In this document: positions 1 through 12,045 of the stretch, in pieces
Numbering within the stretch: position 1 is the first letter of the stretch
Layout: every line of letters starts with the position of its first letter
Source: Azolla caroliniana
Taxonomy: Eukaryota > Plantae > Polypodiophyta
Assembly (NCBI GenBank): GCA_043228905.1
Contig: JBHGNT010000002.1
Location: 11,160,001-11,224,000, forward strand
DNA: 64,000 nucleotides
Direction: 5' to 3'
Notes under the pieces: model-generated
The model's input: the letters and a program-made list of their open reading frames with translations, nothing else
Told to the model about the DNA's origin: nothing
The model's database searches: none
Made by a program: the position numbers and the translations under genes

Positions 1-790
1 CGTCATTCGCTCCGGCCGAATAGTTCGAAAACCACTTGATATTTGGGGTTACGTGACATGTGGCACCAGAGTCCAATAGCCAAATTTGTGCGTCTTGCGG
101 ACTGTAGAAAACTTCTCCGGTCGACGAAGCTTCTAGGGTGAGGATTTCTCCCAACCGGAATTCAACAACAATGACTTGGTTTCCAGTTACAGAACGGTTC
201 GAGACGGATCGCCCTAAGTTCCGCTCAAATCGTTGACCGTTCTCCTTCGTCTTGGTGCGAGAGGTCACTTTATCCATCTCTCTCATCTTCATATTGAACA
301 ATTGTTAGATACAGATGTTGGATCTATATGAGATTCTATTAGAGTGATGATCTAATGAAAGATTTATGACAAGGATAAAAGATAGAAACTGAGAAAGGAG
401 AGAGAGAAAGAAGGGTGTCAATCCACCCGACCAGCTCCGAAGGAAGGGATCGAGACGGACTCAAGCCTCGATCGGTGTTCCATACCACAGCCATGGTATC
501 GAGTCGTACCTGGTGTTGGCATGCTCGCTACAAGAGTTGACCCACCACACTATCAAAGTCTCGACGTAGTCGATAATGTGTCAAATGAGGGTAGCTAGGC
601 CTCATATTTATAGCCAGACCTAAGGCCCCCATGCAAGTTCACATTTGGCCTAATGGGTTGTCTCAATCCCGAGGATTAAAAGTAATCCTCCCTTCTTTAC
701 GCTCGCATTTAACCCTCACACTTTATCCACGTCTATAGAATACTACGGTAAATTCTCACCACGGGATATTATATGGTCATGCCCATAACA
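1..790 (-). mobile_element. Partial LTR (left end outside window) interrupting a Copia gag
   Basis: Minus strand begins TGTTATGGGC at 790, exactly where the Copia gag frame breaks. Minus-strand TATA (GGCTATAAATA) at ~605-615 is followed by a CT-rich tract. No partner LTR is visible. Confidence 0.5.
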
Positions 791-1094
791 GATTCGATCA
801 GGAGGACTTCTTTTCGTAAATGGCTTGGAGTTTCTCCCACAAGGCAAATGTCGACGTCTTTTTGGCCAAGCTGAAGTAGACGTTCTCGTTCAAATGCATT
901 CGGATGGTCGACCCACCTATTTCGTCCAGGGGGCGCCATTCATCAGCTGTTATTGAGGCTGACTTGTTGGTGTGTCGTATTGCCTTGATTCGTCGTCAGA
1001 TGATCAGTACATCTTGCATAATCTCCTTCCATAGGGCAAAGTTTTTACTGTCGAACTTTCGGATTCCTACTACTGTGTCAAATGTTGAAGCCAT
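791..1094 (-). pseudogene. Ty1/Copia gag N-terminal fragment (Tnt1-like)
   Basis: Manual translation MASTFDTVVGIRKFDSKNFALWKEIMQDVLII*...EWRPLDEIGGSTIRMHLNENVYFSLAKKTSTFALWEKLQAIYEKKS, with in-frame stops. Confidence 0.85.
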
Positions 1095-1186
1095 GTTCTT
1101 TTGGAAATGAGATTTGCTGACCGAGTCCCTTGAGCCTTTTCTTCTCTTCTCAGATTTATGCTACTATTGCGGCGGAACTGCAAGTT

Positions 1187-1198
1187 GCTCTGATACCA
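1187..1198 (-). promoter_or_regulatory. Primer binding site, tRNA-iMet
   Basis: Minus strand TGGTATCAGAGC, 2 nt after the LTR end (..TCAACA at 1201). Confidence 0.9.
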
Positions 1199-1200
1199 CT

Positions 1201-1299
1201 TGTTGAATATGGAGTGAATACTGCATAAGTTGAGGACCTGTTGGTTAGTAAGACAAGCATGAAGTATAACAGATAGATAAGTTGATTAGGCAAAGAAAT

Positions 1300-1352
<53 letters not shown>

Positions 1353-1680
1353 TGTGCTCAAAAGAAGAATATATTGCATTAACCTTCACTCCTTTAAAAT
1401 ACTTGGTCTCTCAGTTATGTAGTTAGGGTAACTTAGCCCTACCTATGAGGACGTGTTCGCACTGAGATACAAGTGGGTAGAGTGGGACTTTTAGCCCAAG
1501 AACATGGACCGATCAGCTGGATAAGTCAAAAGCTGGATCAAACATAGGTCGATTGACTAGGTCTAAATCGGCTGAATAAGTTGTAAGCCGAATCGGCTGG
1601 CCAAATCGAATGGAAGCTGACAAGCCGTTAGGAGCTTATATTCCTATTTTAGTAAATAGGAATATTATAGGTTGTCAACG
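1201..1680 (-). mobile_element. 5' LTR of Copia remnant
   Basis: TGTTGA at 1201 is adjacent to the PBS. Degenerate inverted terminus TCAACG at 1675-1680 (far end uncertain). Contains (GA)n at 1301-1347. Confidence 0.55.
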
Positions 1681-1833
1681 TTAGAGCTCATTCATGAGCA
1701 TTAAAGTACTGATAGTACTTGTGTCAACCCATTGTTAGGGCCTGTATAAAAACTGCTCACTGAGCACAGTTGTATGTACTAATTATTATTTTGTAATAGA
1801 AGTGCCATTGTCTACTCACAAACACTTGGGAAA

Positions 1834-2112
1834 ATGTTAGGGTACACAGAGGCCCTACCTATCACCAAAGCATGGAGGGTCGGGCGTGACACAACTAGGA
1901 AGAGAGCCTTAGTCCTTCAATTTAAAGACTTAGACTCTAGAATCACTTTCTTTCAGAAGAGACCAATCCTTCGAGGAATGGATGGGGACCCCATCTATCT
2001 CGATGAAGACCTCACTAAGATGCAAATTGAGCATCGCAAGAGTTGTATGCCACGAGTTATGCAAGCTCGTAAAGATGGGCGAGTGATCATAAATGATCGC
2101 ACTACTAACTGA
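1834..2112 (+). pseudogene. LINE ORF1 C-terminal fragment (RRM/CTD-like)
   Basis: WRVGR..RALVLQFKD..RI.FF.....L....IYLDEDLT..Q...RK pattern typical of L1-transposase-like ORF1 C-termini. Ends 6 nt before the ORF2 frame. Confidence 0.75.
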
Positions 2113-2118
2113 CGGCGT

Positions 2119-5100
2119 GTGGCCCATGTGACAGAAAATGCACATAGGATGACCCTATGGAATTGTAATGGCGCACTTTGGGCACACCCTGGCCGCCTAG
2201 AGGAGATACTAAAGGTATCTGATATACTTTTCTTGGTAGAAACACATCAGAGCCCAAATAGAGGACTCCCACGGGTCGAAGGATTCCGTTGGGAGTCCGC
2301 TTTTAGACAAACCTCACGTCGACACACTACTAGGGGATTTGAAGGTGTCGCGATACTATTTCGTAGAGAGCTACATAATAGGATAGAAATAATGAAGATA
2401 GACCCAGAAGCTTGTTTTATGTGGGTGAAAGTCTCCACAAGCAAAGACCATGCAGTATTTTTCGCCATTTGTTACTTTCCCCCAAAAGGATCCCGTTATA
2501 ATATTAGTGGCTTGACGAGATTAGTCGATGAAGGAATGCCACATGGGCCTTCTCCATACGAACCCCTATCGGATGACATAATCCGATATTCTTCCCAAGG
2601 AGAAGTATTTCTTGTAGGAGACTTCAATGCGAGAACCCAATCCCGACAATGCACAGTATTTCAGATGAATAGAAACCTAGAAATGGTAAATGTTGATCCT
2701 TTAGACATAGGCACCACACGTAGATCAAAGGATCAAGGTGCGGACGCCACGAGCTTTGGCCATCATCTGCTCGAACTTGGCAGTCGGCACCAGATGGTCA
2801 TATATAATGGTTTAGCTAAGTGGCCGGGCTCGGAAGAGCTCACATGTTTCCCACATGGAGGAGGGGAAAGCACAGTTGACTATCTAATAGGGCGCCCGGA
2901 AGCTACCCACATGATTAACTCCTTCCGAGTGGCCCCATGCCCTATTGGCGCAGACCATAGCTTCTTATACTTCGAGCTAAAATGTGATATCTCTAAGGTC
3001 ACCAAGTCTAGTCAACCATGCCATCACACCACAATACATTTCACACATGAGCTCTCTGACATATACTCTCAACATGTTCAGGCCCATCTCCTTTCCATTG
3101 ATCCCTCTCTACCGTTAGAAAGCCTTAGTACAAAACTCACACACATCCTTCACTCCGCAGCAGCTAGCAGTTTCCCATATACAAAACACTCAAATCAAGG
3201 TAGATCAGGATCAATGCCACAAAATAAATGGTATGACGAGGATTGTAGGGACCTACATAGACAACTTACAGTATCGCAACTCAATGGTAGTATTACCTCC
3301 ACACAAGCTCGCAAAGAAATGCGTAAGATGACACGTCGTAAGAGACGAGCGTGGGAGGCATCCCAATACTGGGAACTCTACCATATGCTCATGAGTAGCG
3401 ATTGCGCCACGGCATGGAAGAGACTACGGGAGCCAAGACCACAAACACCCATCAAAGATCCCGAAACTTGGCACACATATACAGAGAGACTTTACCAAAT
3501 CCCAAACCAACCACCTTTTCCAATGCCTTCCACACCCCGGCCTACCACGGGGACACTTTTCACGACCTCTAGGGTCATGAAGGTCATAAAGAAATTACAA
3601 CATAGGAAGTCCATGGACCACACAGGATTGCGAGCAGAACACATTATATATGCGAGAGAGTGCCTAGCTCCCTTGCTAACTCTAATCTTCAATCGTGCCC
3701 TTGCGGAGGGTTTTCCACCACAGTGGACTATGAATACAGTGACCCCCATACATAAAGGGGGGGACCCCATGGACCCAAATACATATAGGACCATTATGAT
3801 AGGCCATACCCTTGCTAAGTTATATGGTGCAGTAATGGAAGCAGAGCTTAGCGACTACATGGAGACCCTAAACCTTCGTGCACCTGAACAAGCTGGCTTT
3901 AGACGAGCCTTCTCCACTATTGATCACATCTTCACACTTAGATGCCTAATTGACCAAACTAGGGCTCGCAAGAAGAGATTATATTGTTGTTTTGTGGACT
4001 TCCGCAAAGCCTTTGACACAGTCCCTAGAGATCGGTTGTCTGATAGACTTAAAAGCTTGAGGATACCAGATGATATGGTATGGGCCATCTACGCACTATA
4101 TGAACAAGTGTCCGGGTGTGTCCGATGCCCAGGTGGCCTATCCAATCGTTTCACTAGCACTATTGGTGTAAAACAAGGTTGCCCCCTATCACCGACGCTT
4201 TTTGGGATCTACATTGATGAGATCACAGATTTTATTGCTCGTGAGGGAGGCACCAGAGTGGTCCTTGGGGATACGCAGGTTCGTATCTTGCTCTATGCGG
4301 ATGACATAGTTTTGCTCTCTGAATCCGAACAAGACCTACAGAGGCACCTCAATGCCTTAGATGACTTTTGTGTACAACGAGGATTGGTAGTGAATCTAGG
4401 GAAAACGAAAGTCCTTATCTTCCACACATCGGCCCAAGTTAGAGCTAAGTGTCACCTAACTATCTGCCATAGCCCAGTCGAGGTGGTTGGATCGTACGTA
4501 TATCTCGGAGTCACTTTTAGTGCCCGCTCAGGTAAATTTTCGATGACACAGGCAGCGAAGGATAGACTCACGAGAGGACATGCATCCCTCTCACTCCTAG
4601 AGAGACAATGCCACCAAGCACACTTTCAAGAGCCACGGACTAAAGGGTGGCTCTTTGACTCATTAGTGACCCCCTCCCTCATGTATGCATCAGCGGTTTG
4701 GGCTCCAGGATTACCATCCTTCATGTGGACGCAATTAGAGAGACCATTGGTGATGATGCTATCACGCCAACTCCGAAGCAAATCGACTGTACCACATGAC
4801 ATTATTAGGGCCGAGTTCACGTTACCCCCAATGCTAGTAGAGGCACTTTCATCAAGCCTTTAAGGCCTCTCGATCATTGTATGAGTCCGGCTATACTAGC
4901 TCATGGTATGGCATGATGGTGACTTGGCTTCTTGCGAATGGTCTAGACATTAATAACCTACCTTCCCTTAGGTACAACCACACGAGTGATAACACCTTAA
5001 TCTCTCATGAGAACCGCAATAAAGTAATACGCCAAGAAATATGGCAAATTTACACTCGGTGTAAATGGATCACCCCACTAGAGCCACTCCCATCTAAAAT

Positions 5101-5794
5101 GTCGTACTATAAGAAACACTTCATGCACTTCTCTGAGTTAGGTTTTATCACACGGCCAAAATATCTAGATGTATTCTTACCACATGCACTAAGGGTTGCC
5201 ATTGGACAACTTAGAATATCATCTCACCAACTTGAGATTGAAAATGGTCGTACTAGTGGAGTCCCTAGGGAGGAAAGGATATGTAGGTTATGTCACATAG
5301 AGATAGAGGATGAGTACCACTTTACATGCAAGTGTCCAACCTATGCCGAGATAAGGGCAAAATACCAAGACATACTTGGTCCGTCTCCCACCCTCCCCAA
5401 ACTATTAGATACTCTAGATATAAAGAAATTAGGCAAATACATTCTAGAGTTAAAACAACACAGAGAGAATAAATTACAAAATGTTGACAATAATGTTGCT
5501 AATGATCACGAACATGTAACAAATGCAGTTTTTCAAGAACCTGAGGAGACGACGAATGCCGACACACTTGCACCACTCGGCCTTTCCATTGATGAGGCAG
5601 AAAACCAGAGAAGAACCAGACGTCCTCGGGTGCCGGGTTTCAAAGCAACTCAACGTGATGTGGAAGCAATATTGAAAATAAGGGAACGTGAGCTACACCG
5701 CCTAGAAGCCATGGCTAGGGCACTCTCTACATTGGAACCCACATCAAGACCCTTTGACCCCCCACTTCTTTTCGAGAGGCTTGGGTGGAAATAA
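2119..5794 (+). pseudogene. LINE ORF2: AP endonuclease, reverse transcriptase and CCHC finger, one frameshift at ~4850
   Basis: APE motifs WNCNG, VETH, GDFNAR, VDY, ADH. RT motifs YRTIMI, QAGFR, FVDFRKAFD, GVKQGCPLSP, LLYADD, YVYLG. The second frame continues HQAFKASRSLYESG... to LRISSHQLEIENGR...RICRLC..IEDEYHF..CP.Y. First ATG at 2149. Confidence 0.92.
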
Positions 5795-7189
5795 AATTAG
5801 GCTTAGTGTATAGTCACTTTCGAGTATACTACATATTGTACACTACTAGAACTCTTTTAGTTTAAGTTCTATATTTTTTACTTAATTTTATTTTTAGTTA
5901 TGATGACTGGATAAATACTCTATTGTTGTAAACCAATTGTCTCATGGGCCAAATTTGGCCTTAGAAGACGTTAATACATCTTTCTTTCTTTCTTCTTTCT
6001 TTCTTCTTTCTTTCTCTCTCTCTTACCCTTTCCTAACTGTCTTCTGTTGTCCAACGAAGCCGACTATGTCTCGAGCACAAACCTTCCGCATACATAATCT
6101 TTTACATATGGTCACCCACTAACTATGTACACTACATAGGTAGTGGAACATGTTGAATTGTCAATAGGCAAGAAGAACATTGTATTGAGGAAAGAATTTC
6201 CACTTGCTCCAATAAAGAAAATTGCTACATTAGTACTCCCTTCAATTTTCGCAGAGAGGCTTTCACTCCATGCCAAGAATCGAAGATATCCCAATTATGA
6301 CGCAAACCGCAACAGTTGAGAAATAGGAAAACGATCTTCATCTCTGATTTTTGGGTCAACCTGTATAAATTGTGCAAACATCTACTTTCTAGGCGTCGTA
6401 ACACCGTGATAAAACTTGCCAAATTTGATAGCTTAAGGGTTTAAAGATAATTCTACGCAACCCATGTGATTCCCATCTTATCCATCTTCTTCCGCAACAA
6501 AGAATATTTAACCCCATGGACGGCGAATGTTCTTGCAAGGGGAGAGTATTTCATTTTGAGTATTGGGATGAGATATTTTGATGAGCTTGACTTGGATAAA
6601 CAAATGGAGACCAGAGTGATGGTGTCTCACCTTAATTCCCTTTTTCCTTTTTCTTTTCGTATGTCATCCAGTTTCCTTAAAAGTAAGCAGCACAGCCATG
6701 AAAGGTCCAATCACGACACCAATAGCATTACATGGATTTGAAGGTGTGGAAGGAATATGCAGGAAGTGGTCCATGCTGCAACTTATGTGGCGATATTTCC
6801 TCAAGCCTGAACATATATCGCATAAGTGTATGTGTGTGTGTGAGAGAGAGAGAGTTATAAAAATAAAAAGAATATGATGGGTGGAAAGGAAGTGGACGTG
6901 AACAATGCAGGCACCCAATTACCCCCAGCTTGACGCTCTCAATATCCAGACGACACCTGCAACATGATTTATTCATCCAGTCAATATTAGCAGATATTAT
7001 ATATACATGGGAATACAAAAACATACATATATATATATCTATAGCATCATATACATCATGCAGGATCAAGCCTTGGAATTCTATCAATCACAAGAGAAAG
7101 AGTGCTGCAGCGTGTGAAGGCAGCGAAGGAGGCAGGCAGGCAGGGAGGGTGGGGAAGAGAGAAAGAGAAAGAGAAAGAGAAAGAAGGAG

Positions 7190-8742
7190 ATGGAACCTGT
7201 CCTGCGCCGCGGCTGCCATAGAGCATTAATGCATGGGCAGCAGCAGCTTACGGTATTGGCGATTCTTGGCATCTGCGTGTTTGCGGTGTCACATTTATCC
7301 AATGCGGAGGCGGCGAATAACGAGAGCACCTCATCACCGACCGGAAACTCTAGAAGCTTGGACGAGTGGCTACGGGAGGAGGTGTTGGGGTACCGTCCAG
7401 ACCCCACGGAGGGCGACGTAAATGACGAGGATCACTTGCCACGGCGTCCACTTGAGTTCGATGACCGCGTGTTCAGCCAAACCATAAAGGATGCCAAACA
7501 CAAGGTGACCCAATTCTTGAGAAGCCGTGGATTGGCCGCGGCAACTGCCAATGCGAGCTCTACGACCAAGACCATCGTTGTGGCTAAGGATGGGTCCGGC
7601 CACTTCCGCACTGTGCAAGCCGCCATCAACAAGGTGCCGGCCTCCAACACGAAGCGTATCATCATCTACATCAAGAAAGGGGTGTACAACGAGAAGGTCA
7701 CCATCCCTTCAGGCAAGGACTTCATCACGCTCAAGGGTGAGAGTGCTGCTCTCACCTACATCCAATGGAGTGACACTGCCTCCACTCTTGACAAGAAAGG
7801 GCAACCACTAGGCACCTATGGCAGCGCCTCGGTAGCGGTGGAGGCCGACAACTTCATCGCCCTCGACATCTCCTTTAAGGTATGTACTACTACTCTCTTC
7901 AGGATCATGACCTTCCCTTCCCTTCCATGATTGCATATATATATATATATGTATGTAACATTCCCTCCCAATCTCCTCATGAGTTGTTGATGTATGCACC
8001 GCATCATTGTATACTCACTCAAATTTATACTCATTCTTCCATTCAATTGTTGTACTGCTACTCACTCACTTAATATATATATATATTATAGAACACGGCT
8101 CGGCACCCCCCTCCTGGCGCTGTGGGTCGGCAAGCCGTGGCTCTTCGGATTCAAGGCGATAAGGCTGCCTTCTACCGTTGCAGCTTCTATGGCGCCCAGG
8201 ACACGCTCTACGACAAGGAAGGCCGCCATTATTACTACAACTGCTACATCGAAGGCTCCGTCGACTTCATATTCGGCGACGGTCGCACCCTCTTCGTTGT
8301 ATGTTCAGTCTGAAAAGCTTTTTTTAATAATGCTTTCTTTGAATGTATGCATCCCTAGCTGTCATTAAAAAAAGGGGTGCCAGATCATATTCTACTTATA
8401 TATTTTCATCATCATCCATCCATATCTATCTATCTATCTATCTCCTTTCCCTTCATGGTTTCTAATTCCATGAAATATTATTTGTTTGTACGTGCAGAAA
8501 TGCCACCTTCACTCCATTGCCTCTCCCTATGGCTCCATCTCCGCGCAGAAACGGCTGTCTCCCAATTCTAAGACCGGCTACTCGTTCGTGTCGTGCGTCG
8601 TGAGTGGGTCGGGGTACATATACTTGGGTAGAGCATGGGGTGCCTACTCCAGGGTCGTCTTCTCCTACACCTACCTCTCCAGCATCATCACGCCCCAGGG
8701 TTGGGATGACTTCGGTGTTCCTCTCAATCAAAAGTGAGTTGT

Positions 8743-8773
<31 letters not shown>

Positions 8774-9001
8774 AGTTATAACTATAACCCACCCAGAGTA
8801 ATGGAATGCCTTATAAGCTGGTCAGTAATCTAACAATATATATATTGAATCAGGAGAGTGTTCTATGGAGAGTACAAATGCTCAGGCCCCGGAGCCAACC
8901 GGAAGGGCCGTGTTGCATGGTCTCGCCAGCTCACCGATGCCCAAGCCAAGCCCTTCCTCAGCATCACCTTCATTGATGGCAACACATGGCTGCCCAAGTG
9001 A
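7190..9001 (+). CDS. Pectin methylesterase (pectinesterase, CE8) without PMEI pro-domain; exons 7190-7879, 8092-8298, 8498-8733, 8854-9001; 426 aa
   Basis: All three introns are GT..AG and the spliced frame is open (1281 nt with stop). Motifs [56 protein letters not shown]-terminal hydrophobic signal-like segment; alternative start at the second Met (MHGQQ). Confidence 0.96.
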
Positions 9002-10358
9002 TATGGGCCCATCCATACCCATACCTCTCTATGACCAACAAGTACTACCCCCAACAAATTAAAGTCATCAATTGCAATTCAATCCTCCATTCATTCCCAG
9101 AATTTTAAAAACAAAGAATAATGCTCATCCCCAAAAGATAATGAGACTTTGGAGAATAATGCCCATCCCCAAAAGATCACTGCTCATATGAGGGTCCATC
9201 TCTCAACGTCCACTATACCCTAATATTTACTCACCAATAGCCAACACTAAAATTGTGAGGAGGTCAAGGCATTTCTCCCTATTGTAGTCTTCAATCTTTT
9301 AACGAATTTCCATATATACCCTCTCAATCCTCCAGGGGGTGTTCCGTTGGCATTAACCTTAAGACATCTCCTTATGATTATTGGTCTCATTTTATAATCA
9401 AGATTTTCTTTTGGCAAGCATGTGTTATGCATAAATCTTGTTAACTTGACACATGAACTTTTTTAATGAAGGCTAGATTATGTCACCTACATTAAGCTCC
9501 AATTTTTAAAAGTCTTATTTCTCCTCTTTATGACACAACATAATCTATCCACAATCAAGGCATCACCCATCCATGACCATGGAGGGGGCCCCCCATCAAG
9601 GACCATGCATCCATAACCTTCAAATTTCAATAAAACACACTAGTGATTTTTTCCCAAAAGGCCTCAGAGTTTTCGATATTTCCCCCACATCCTTGATCAA
9701 TTGCAGACACTATGTCAATGACGCAAGCTTGTGCGCACAAAGGTTTGATAGGAAGGAAACCCATGTGAGTATTCGAAGTAATCTCCTATTTGTAGAGATA
9801 TCATGTTAAAAAGGTAGTACTATGCGAATCTTGGTGGTTCTTACGTGATTTCTAAAATTTCACAATTCCTTAATTCTATATAAAGTTTCTCACATTTATT
9901 TTTTTCCAAAACGCCCGTTTTAATATTGTTTTGACACAACCCTTCACATAACTAATGTATTTCTTCTTAGTTTATTATAATACACTAGATCCAATATTTC
10001 TGGGACAATGCATCGTATGGTTTTGACCCAAGGCCATTTCTGTTAAGGAATCAACCAATATAGTCATAGTTTACATGTATTGTATGATCGTTTCTTTGGC
10101 TACAACCAAGTCTATTATGGATTGATGTCAAGCTCTAGCGTCTATGTTTGGATCCATCTTTTTGGGATTCTTGGCTAACGTCGTCCCAGATTAGTTATTA
10201 CAATAGGCCTTCAAAGTTTCTAGCAATTCGAAGACATCCAACGTAAAGCGTCATTACCTTTCATTGGCATCATTTTCAATTTTTTGAAGTTAAAATTCAA
10301 AGACTAGTAATGCTCATCTAGTATGAGTGTCCCACCAAGAGTTCCCGGCCCTCCTAAA

Positions 10359-11646
10359 GTTTGCATCACTCCGACAGTCCAACATCCTCTGAGAGTTCAC
10401 ATCCCTCCAAGTGCTCACCTCCCCCCGAGTGTTCGCCGTGATGTGGGGAGCCTCTAGTTAGTTTTCAATACGATTTAGCTTCTCAACTAAATGTACTAGA
10501 AAGAAATATTGAAGTTAAAACAAAACAGCTAAGCTCCAAAACAATCCAAGATTTAAAAACTAAATGGATGTATAATTCCCTTAAAGATGTCATATGGGAA
10601 CAAGAAAACAAAATTTTTGCAACTAACTTCCCTAGCTTTTCATGTTTCAAAAGTGCAATGTCTTAATCAGTGGATTATGTTACAGGCATAGAATAACTTA
10701 TATTGCAACTAACACTCGAGGATAAGAGTGCAAGGGTTAATTGAGAATACATGGAATCCAAAACAAAATTGAGCTCGTAAACAAACTTTGAATTGTAGGT
10801 GAAGTGAGGCTACATACTTTGAGAGGGTGGGGAGGGGGTTTTAATGGTGAAAGCAATCATCCTTTGCTTTGAGGGGTTTGACTCCCCTATGACTCAATTT
10901 TACTTTTAATGCTACATATTTTATTATAATTTACAAACTATTAACTAACTATAAGTTATATAGAATGGATTCACTATAGATTGTACCTCACACGATCCCG
11001 CCTATGCCGCAAGAAAAGCACGGTCTCCTACAACATTATCTTCCTTCACCACCCAGTCTTGAACTCTCATGATTGTAGACCTTTCATGTTTTGCATCACT
11101 CCGAGAGTCCAACAGCCTCTGAGATTTCACATCCCTCTAAGTGCTCACATCCTTGCAAGCGCTCACCTCCTCCCGAGTCTTTGCCGTGATGTGGGGAACC
11201 TCTAGTTAGTTTCCATACGATTCAGCTTCTCAACTAAATGTACTAGAAAGAAATATTGAAGTTAAAACAAAACATCTAAGCTCCAAAACAATCCATGATT
11301 TTAAAACTAAATGGATGTATAATTCCCTTAAAGATGTCATATGGGAACAATCATCTTTTGCTTCGAGGGGTACATACTTTGGGAGGGTGGGGAGGGGGGT
11401 CTCTAGGTGAAAGCAATCATCTTTTGCTTCGAGGGGTTTGACTCCGTTATGACTCAGTTTTACTTTTAATGCTACATATTATATTATAATTTGCAAATTA
11501 TCAACTAACTACAAGTTATATAGAATGGAGATTCACTATAGATTGTACCTCACACAATCCTGCTTATGCCACAAGAAAAGCAAGGTCTCCTTCAAGATTG
11601 TTTTCCTTCACCACCCGGTCTTGAACTCTCATGATGGTAGACCTTG
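10359..11646. repeat. Tandem duplication (unit 1 ~10359-11085, unit 2 ~11089-11646 with internal deletion)
   Basis: TTGCATCACTCCGA.AGTCCAACA.CCTCTGAGA recurs at 10361 and 11091; the copies are colinear to ..CTCTCATGAT.GTAGACCTT. Confidence 0.9.
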
Positions 11647-11912
11647 AATGATGTACTCTTTTTCTTCTTCTTTTTGACATGATTTATATAGTTATACAAA
11701 ATATAGTAAACCATTTAATATAAGATGTCATAAATAACTACACATACTTCCTATGGGTCCCCATTTCATGGAGACACGACTCAACAAGGTCATCTAACCT
11801 CATTTTGAACACAATCCCACCTCCTAGATGAACCACATCAACCTTCTCATTGATATTACATTCAACTATAAGAAAACCTACACATGATTTTGTAGATTAT
11901 GTGCATTTGTAT

Positions 11913-12013
11913 GGGTATGTGTATGTGTGTGTATGTTTGTATGTGTATGTATATGTATATGTGTATGTGTATATTGTAATGAATCAGATGGATTTTGTGC
12001 AGTGGAAGAATTG

Positions 12014-12045
<32 letters not shown>
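11913..12045. repeat. (TG/TATG)n and (TG)n(AG)n microsatellites
   Basis: Directly visible. Confidence 0.9.

Larger units (their letters stand above)
1815..6023 (+). mobile_element. 5'-truncated LINE (non-LTR retrotransposon), RTEX-like
   Basis: ORF1 C-terminus, then ORF2 (APE + RT + C-terminal CCHC), 3' UTR and a (TTC/TTTC)n microsatellite tail at 5980-6023. No TSD found; 5' boundary approximate. Confidence 0.85.

Noticed and set aside
494-505. TGGTATCGAGTC as an iMet PBS
   Set aside because: Imperfect match with no supporting LTR end or downstream gag on that strand.
9115-9180. ~25-bp direct repeat (AGAATAATGC.CATCCCCAAAAGAT) in the PME 3' region
   Set aside because: Short local duplication with no evidence of function.
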